DNA of 11,412 nt, from positions 1 to 11,412 of the forward strand of contig JAEOSK010000055.1 in the NCBI GenBank assembly GCA_016840405.1. Direction: 5' to 3'. A program made the position numbers and the translations under genes. The stretch's first letter is position 1. Each line of letters starts with the position of its first letter. Shown piece by piece: positions 6,382-11,412 of this stretch. Origin of the DNA: Candidatus Hermodarchaeum yapensis. Its GTDB lineage: Archaea > Asgardarchaeota > Hermodarchaeia > Hermodarchaeales > Hermodarchaeaceae. Below the pieces are notes generated by a model. That model was not told the DNA's origin, made no database searches, and was given only the letters and a program-made list of their open reading frames with translations.

Positions 6382-7166
6382 CAGACTTTTCCACTGATTT
6401 CACATATGATGAACTGATACTCACAACTCTAGCTCGTCAACTTCAGGATGGCGATCGTGTATTCACAGGAGTTGCTAGCCCCATCCAAATGATGGCAGTG
6501 TTCCTTGCCAAAGCCACTCATGCCCCCAACTTGTTATACTTCACCATACTGGGAACAATAAATCCGCATCCTGAAAAACTACCCTTCTCAACTGGAAATC
6601 CCCATCTCTTTGACAACTGTGAAAACGCCATTACTTTTCCAGAAATCTTTGACCTAGCCAACACGGGTCGGATGAATGTAGCATTTCTTGGTGGTACACA
6701 AATTGACCAGTATGGCAACCTTAACATGAGCATTATTGGGAAAGATTACAACCGTCCAAAAGTACGATTGCCTGGTGGAGCAGGTGGTCCGATAATGATT
6801 CGAAGTTTTCAAAGAATTATCGCTTGGCGCCCAAATCATAGTGTGAAAAATCTGGTTGTCCAAGTCCCGTTTGTCACTAGCCCAGGCTGGATTCCAGAAG
6901 CTAAAGGAACCCGAAACGGAGGACCTGATACTATCATCACCAATCTGTGTGTCTTCAAATTCAACCGACAGGAGGAAAGTATCCAACTAGCATCAATACA
7001 TCCAGGTTCGAGTATTGAACTAATCAAGGATCAAACAGGATTCCCGTTCAAAATTCCTCGAAAAATCACAACAACTGCATCTCCTACAACGCGTGAAAAA
7101 GAGGTTATTACCAAGCTTGTTGACCCAGAAGGAATTCGTAAATTGCTTCTTCAACCACCACAATAA
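6378..7166 (+). CDS. Family I CoA-transferase-fold subunit B (GctB/AibB-like)
   Basis: Motifs FTGVASP, A.ATHAPNL, FLGGTQIDQYGNLN, RLPGGAG, FVTSPG, IITNLCVF, SIHPG and TGF. Translationally coupled to subunit A. Confidence 0.88.
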   Translation: MTDFSTDFTYDELILTTLARQLQDGDRVFTGVASPIQMMAVFLAKATHAPNLLYFTILGTINPHPEKLPFSTGNPHLFDNCENAITFPEIFDLANTGRMNVAFLGGTQIDQYGNLNMSIIGKDYNRPKVRLPGGAGGPIMIRSFQRIIAWRPNHSVKNLVVQVPFVTSPGWIPEAKGTRNGGPDTIITNLCVFKFNRQEESIQLASIHPGSSIELIKDQTGFPFKIPRKITTTASPTTREKEVITKLVDPEGIRKLLLQPPQ

Positions 7167-7188
7167 GTTCGCCGAAACACAGATGATA

Positions 7189-7202
7189 CAAACGTTTATA
7201 AG
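7189..7202 (+). promoter_or_regulatory. BRE/TATA-like promoter (caaacgTTTATAAG) upstream of rpo5
   Basis: TTTATAA at 7195-7201 is preceded by an A-rich BRE-like segment, about 60 nt upstream of the ATG at 7262. Confidence 0.55.
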
Positions 7203-7261
7203 AGATTTTTAGCACTGTCGCGGCTCGAGTGCGGATAAGAAGAAGATTTCTCGATTAAAGA

Positions 7262-7831
7262 ATGGTGAAACTCGTGAGTTTAACAGAAAAACAACATTAT
7301 TTTGTTAACCGGCTCATCAAACGCCGCGGGTTTGAGATATCTAAGAAAATCGAAGGAGAAAAAGAGGGGATTGTCGACATTCATGCCAAATCTGTTGAGA
7401 AAAAGCCTAAACAAACCCTCTTAATACGAATTATTCTTGATACACCGACCGTGGGTGTCGAAATTCTTCGGAATACAATCAAGGAGCGGGATAATGGCGA
7501 ATTTAGCCATGCAATTCTCATTGGTGGTGAACGTTACACCTATGCTGCCAGGCGCGAAGCCAAGGAAATGGACGTGGAATTACTACACCGCCGGTTCCTT
7601 TCCATAGATCTTTTCATGCATGATCTTGTCCCCGAACATGACATCGTTGAAGAAAAAGAGATTCTTGAACTCGAGAAAGAATACGGAATCTCACGTGAGC
7701 AGTTTCCAAAAATCAAAGCAGGAGATCCCGCGGCAAAAGCCATTGGGGCTCGTCCTGGAGATGTCATTCTCATCAAACGAAAATCGGAAACAGCCGGGAA
7801 ACACCAAGTTTACCGTTTCTGTGTCGCTTAA
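7262..7831 (+). CDS. rpoH: DNA-directed RNA polymerase subunit Rpo5/RpoH with an additional N-terminal Rpb5 jaw-like domain
   Basis: The C-terminal HDLVPEH...FPKI...DP.AKAIGARPGDVI.I.RKSETAG...YR is the Rpo5/Rpb5 signature. There are about 115 extra N-terminal residues. Confidence 0.93.
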   Translation: MVKLVSLTEKQHYFVNRLIKRRGFEISKKIEGEKEGIVDIHAKSVEKKPKQTLLIRIILDTPTVGVEILRNTIKERDNGEFSHAILIGGERYTYAARREAKEMDVELLHRRFLSIDLFMHDLVPEHDIVEEKEILELEKEYGISREQFPKIKAGDPAAKAIGARPGDVILIKRKSETAGKHQVYRFCVA

Positions 7832-8814
7832 TCCGCCTTCATTTTCATAAGAAATTTCGAGAGCTCCTGTTCAGTTGGCAAGGCTGTCATGGCACCAATT
7901 TTTGTAATTACAAGAGAAGCAACTGCTGTTCCTTGCCTAACCGCTTCTCGAATGTTCATCCCTTTTACCAGCCCCACAATTAATCCAGCATTGAACCCAT
8001 CCCCTGCTCCGGTCGTATCCACAACATTCACATCCAACGCTTTTTGGGAAAATTGGTCATATTTCCCCTTGGCTGTCTTGGTAGAAATTCGGCTGCCATC
8101 AGCTCCACATTTGAGACAAATTGTGTGTGGTCCCAGCTTATGTGCACGGGAAAAGGCATCATCTATTTGCTCTGTATCCATGATTAACAGAAGCTCGTGT
8201 TGTGACGGCAGGAAAATATCAGTTCTAGCCAACACGATATGCAAGATTTTTCGACACTCATGAAGCCCCCCTGACCAGAGATCTAGCCGGAGGTTTGGAT
8301 CAAAAGTAATGACCGCTCCGTTTTTCCGTGCGATTTCTATTGCGCGAAGGGTTGTCTGTCGACTCGGATTTCGAGTTAGACTTACACCACCTACATGTAG
8401 GTATTTGATTTTGCGAAGCCAATCTTTAGGTAAATCGTCTTCGGTAAGAAGAACATCTGCGCAGGGGTCACGGTAGAAAATAAAATGACGCTCACCAGTT
8501 ATTGATCGGCTTACAAAAGCGAGTGCTGTTGGTGCTTCCTTTGTTTCCACAATACCCTCAATGTTGATGCCATTCTCTTTCAATGAGGTTTTTAGGAATT
8601 CTCCAAATGTGTCTGAACCTACCTTTCCGATAAACCCACATGTCACGCCTAACCGACTAATTCCAACTGCAACGTTGGCAGGGGCACCCCCAGAATGCTT
8701 TCGAAATGAGGCTACTGAGTCGAGAGAACCCTTTTCTTCTGAAATGAAATCAATTAACACTTCACCCAAACAAGCAACAAGTGGCACTTTATCTTCAGGA
8801 TTAGACGCATTCAT
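7828..8814 (-). CDS. PfkB-family carbohydrate kinase (fructokinase/KDG kinase-like)
   Basis: Motifs GEVLIDF, GGAPANVAVG..RLG, IGKVG.D.FG, FDPNLR and DTTGAGDGF. Start moved from 8940 to ATG 8814, because the longer ORF overlaps the upstream gene by about 100 nt. The stop overlaps the rpoH stop (ttaa, 7828-7831). Confidence 0.92.
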   Translation of the reverse strand: MNASNPEDKVPLVACLGEVLIDFISEEKGSLDSVASFRKHSGGAPANVAVGISRLGVTCGFIGKVGSDTFGEFLKTSLKENGINIEGIVETKEAPTALAFVSRSITGERHFIFYRDPCADVLLTEDDLPKDWLRKIKYLHVGGVSLTRNPSRQTTLRAIEIARKNGAVITFDPNLRLDLWSGGLHECRKILHIVLARTDIFLPSQHELLLIMDTEQIDDAFSRAHKLGPHTICLKCGADGSRISTKTAKGKYDQFSQKALDVNVVDTTGAGDGFNAGLIVGLVKGMNIREAVRQGTAVASLVITKIGAMTALPTEQELSKFLMKMKAD

Positions 8815-8839
8815 CAAACCCTTCTCTTTGTATGCTTCA

Positions 8840-9625
8840 TTAAAAAGTGAATGTGGTATTATCAGCAGCGACGCGAATTTCACCATTAAAGTGTCGAGCG
8901 GCTCCGTCAATGAGGGTTTGTTGATCACGCGCGCGAACACGACTCGTGTGAATCAACACTAAGGTTTGAACACCTGCTTTGGCTGCATCTACACCTGCAC
9001 CTTCGGGGCTTGAATGTCCTTTACTAAAGGCAAAGGTGTGAACGGCCGTAGGAAAGGTGCAGTCATGGAAGAGTGCCCTTGCACCTTTTGCTAGCGCTAA
9101 GAGGGTCTTGCAGTTGGGGCGAGTGTCTGGTACGATTACGACTTTTTTCTTTCCCTGAATTATTCCGTAACCTGCGGCCATAGTAGTGTGACAAGCGGCA
9201 GCGGCCCACATCTCGGTGTTCGATTTCGGAAAAGAAATAAGATATTCGGGGTCATTAGGAGTATAGGTTTCAAAATCTACAAATCCGGGAACTCCTCGTG
9301 GATTGAAGAACCGGATGAACATTTGAATATGGTAAAAGGCATTCACGGGGCAAAAAATCGTTAGTGGTTTTTTTCGTTTGTTTCGTTTCATTCGCTCTAA
9401 AAGGGCTCCTAGAAACATTATGTGGTCGGTATGACGATGAGTGATGAAGATGTGACTCACGTCAAGGATATCTTTTCGAAATCCCAGGATGCGCCGTGTT
9501 CCTGCGTCAATGAGGATGCGATCACCGTTGCCGAGATTGATGAAAAAGCTAGACCAGCTTCCCTTTATGGTCGGCAAAAATGAGGAACTTCCTAAGACTT
9601 CAATTTGCAATGAGCAAATACACAT
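8840..9625 (-). CDS. RNase Z-like metallo-beta-lactamase-fold hydrolase
   Basis: Motifs LIDAG, THRHTDH (HxHxDH, 9422-9439), ACH, PDTRP, HDCTF, GHSS and LIHTS.R occur in the order seen in tRNase Z/ElaC proteins. Confidence 0.8.
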   Translation of the reverse strand: MCICSLQIEVLGSSSFLPTIKGSWSSFFINLGNGDRILIDAGTRRILGFRKDILDVSHIFITHRHTDHIMFLGALLERMKRNKRKKPLTIFCPVNAFYHIQMFIRFFNPRGVPGFVDFETYTPNDPEYLISFPKSNTEMWAAAACHTTMAAGYGIIQGKKKVVIVPDTRPNCKTLLALAKGARALFHDCTFPTAVHTFAFSKGHSSPEGAGVDAAKAGVQTLVLIHTSRVRARDQQTLIDGAARHFNGEIRVAADNTTFTF

Positions 9626-9683
9626 CCTCTGATGATGAAGGGCAGCTTCTAATGGAACCTGTGTATGTTAGACTTCTAAAAGG

Positions 9684-10286
9684 TTAAGGAGCTTCAGCTT
9701 CGGGTTCTGCATTACTTTCTTCTAATTCTGGCCTTTTAATGGGCGGGGTAGTTATCTTTTCCTCCAATTGGGCAATCACGTAGAGTAAGACCCCTTGAAG
9801 CCATCGAAGTTCAGCAACAGTATTGCAGAAAGCAATGAATCCGAATGCACCAGGCGTATCTTTAAACCGAATCCGCCCTACTGAAGTGGCGTCTGTACGA
9901 AGAAGAATTATTTTTGGTGAAATCGGCATAAATCGTGCGACAACCTGTCGCTGTGCATCTCGAAGAAGAACCACTTGAGGAGAAGCAGCCTGACGAATTG
10001 ATAGAACTTCGTGTCCATTCGCGATTAACGAATAACGTTGTACTTCTCCAACGGTGATAGCCTTAATGAAAAAGGGTTTGATTTCGAAGGGTGGAATAGA
10101 CTTTGCAAGGTAACGAGGAGGAGTAGTGGAACGACGTGTAATTTGGAGTAGAGTTTGTCCAGAGGTTTTCTGTATCAGTAGCTTCCACCCACCGGGATGA
10201 AACTTTGGTCGAAGGACATACTGTTCAGTTCGTTGGCCAGTCTTCAATGAATCCCCTTGTTTCACTGATTTGTCTGCAGGTGGCAT
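9684..10286 (-). CDS. Hypothetical protein, possibly Tubby-C/LURP-one/scramblase-like fold
   Basis: 200-aa ORF that fills the gap co-directionally. Many short beta-strand-like segments are followed by one hydrophobic helix (WLQGVLLYVIA). The fold guess is weak. Confidence 0.6.
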   Translation of the reverse strand: MPPADKSVKQGDSLKTGQRTEQYVLRPKFHPGGWKLLIQKTSGQTLLQITRRSTTPPRYLAKSIPPFEIKPFFIKAITVGEVQRYSLIANGHEVLSIRQAASPQVVLLRDAQRQVVARFMPISPKIILLRTDATSVGRIRFKDTPGAFGFIAFCNTVAELRWLQGVLLYVIAQLEEKITTPPIKRPELEESNAEPEAEAP

Positions 10287-10323
10287 TTTTGGAAACTCCG
10301 CTGACCCAACTTTGCCGGCACGT

Positions 10324-11412
10324 TTAGGGTAATGGAGGATTGACTATTTGCCCGCGAGGATATTCCACTTGGAATGAGTATGTGATTTTGGTTTCTCCTT
10401 CAGCAGGAATTTCAAGTTCCCAAGTGAGAACTCCAAGTTCGTCCTTTGTTGGCTCAGGTCTGAATTTTCGGTCCTCCACTTTGATGATTTCTGAATCACT
10501 GTGGGGAATTCGGTCCATTACTTGGATGGAGCTCATTTTCTTTCGGAAATTTGTGATAGTGAGCTCATACTTGTAGTCTCGGGCGACATTGCCTTTCATG
10601 AGTCCTTTCTTTTCGGTACTTTTTGCGACGAGTTTCTTCTCCACTTTGAGATCGTAGGAGAACCGCATACCTACATCCACTTTTTCGTTGGGTGCAATGA
10701 GTTCGAGATACGTTTCCCCGAGATATTCGTCCTGACTATAGATTCGTGCCTTGCCAGGAAGTATTACGGTGTCACCGTTCTCAACAATTGTTACTTCAAC
10801 AGCTTCAGCGAAATCTACAGCGTTCCAGAAGAACTTCCTATCTGCAATTAATTTGGTATGACTGGTTCGAAACGCATGTGGTTCACCATCTGCCAGAACC
10901 TTTACTGGGTTAGGTAATACAAAGACGTAGACGCCGCCAACTTCCATTGTAGTGGCAACGACTGGCGCTGGTTGCATATCGGGAAGTGGTTCTTCAGCTA
11001 GGAGTTCTTCAGCTTCATAAACCTCATCTGCTACAGCCCCTGCCGAGGGTGCCGCGACTCTTGCTTCTTTGCGAGCCATCTTCATAGATGGTCGTCGTGG
11101 AGGTGGAGTGTAGATTCGGATGAAGTAGGGTGAGGGTTCGGTGATAGTTGCTGGCCGTCGGGAAGCCGTGGAAACTGTAAGATTCACCCTATCCCAGTCT
11201 TCTTGCGTGTTGTTATGCACAATTGTATAGGTTGTAACCTCAGTCGAGTCTTCGGAGAGGATGAAATCGTAGGTGGGTGCCCAGCTTGCATTGTGAACAA
11301 AATAGGAAAGATTGAATTCACATTTACCGAGTTTGGAAGCTTCAACGTTGACCAACACGCTGTGTGTAATCTCGTATTGGTTGAATTCACTTCGGAATTT
11401 ATCGATTTCTCG
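10324..11412 (-). CDS. DUF4139-domain protein (MuiA/F37C4.5-like), 5' end outside the window
   Basis: Motifs LSY.V..ASW.PTYD, N.TQEDW..V.LTVSTA, LPG.A.IY....YLGE, DRIP.S....IKV and G.LTW.L. The frame is open from 11358 to the window end (REIDKFRSEFNQYEITHS), so the listed GTG start is probably internal. Confidence 0.88.
   Translation of the reverse strand, partial: REIDKFRSEFNQYEITHSVLVNVEASKLGKCEFNLSYFVHNASWAPTYDFILSEDSTEVTTYTIVHNNTQEDWDRVNLTVSTASRRPATITEPSPYFIRIYTPPPRRPSMKMARKEARVAAPSAGAVADEVYEAEELLAEEPLPDMQPAPVVATTMEVGGVYVFVLPNPVKVLADGEPHAFRTSHTKLIADRKFFWNAVDFAEAVEVTIVENGDTVILPGKARIYSQDEYLGETYLELIAPNEKVDVGMRFSYDLKVEKKLVAKSTEKKGLMKGNVARDYKYELTITNFRKKMSSIQVMDRIPHSDSEIIKVEDRKFRPEPTKDELGVLTWELEIPAEGETKITYSFQVEYPRGQIVNPPLP

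Noticed and set aside
8815-8940. N-terminal extension of PfkB in the ORF track
   Set aside because: It overlaps the RNase Z-like gene by about 100 nt, and homology begins after Met at 8814.
4437-11390. Remaining short alternative-frame or antisense ORFs (e.g. 4437-4661, 6654-6986, 7620-7850, 7889-8263, 8561-8962, 10501-10851, 11184-11390)
   Set aside because: All overlap well-supported genes and lack recognisable motifs.

Overview
Gene-dense archaeal chromosomal region, probably from an Asgard-like lineage. This is inferred from a two-domain Rpb5-like RNA polymerase subunit, an archaeal-type SHMT-family gene and BRE/TATA-like promoters. From left to right it contains: the 5' part of an MFS-like membrane protein gene (-); a solo IS200/IS605-family tnpB (-) with a rearranged RuvC-II site, no zinc finger and an ACG where the start codon is expected; a divergent SHMT-family PLP enzyme; an acidic-repeat/coiled-coil/winged-helix protein; a CorA-family transporter with a non-canonical GMYN motif; a CoA-transferase-fold alpha/beta pair lacking the catalytic Glu (AibA/AibB-like); and a stand-alone two-domain Rpo5/Rpb5. 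A convergent minus-strand block follows, with a PfkB kinase, an RNase Z-like MBL hydrolase, a hypothetical protein and a partial DUF4139 protein. All family assignments come from motif recognition and remembered homolog sequences. No database search was run.
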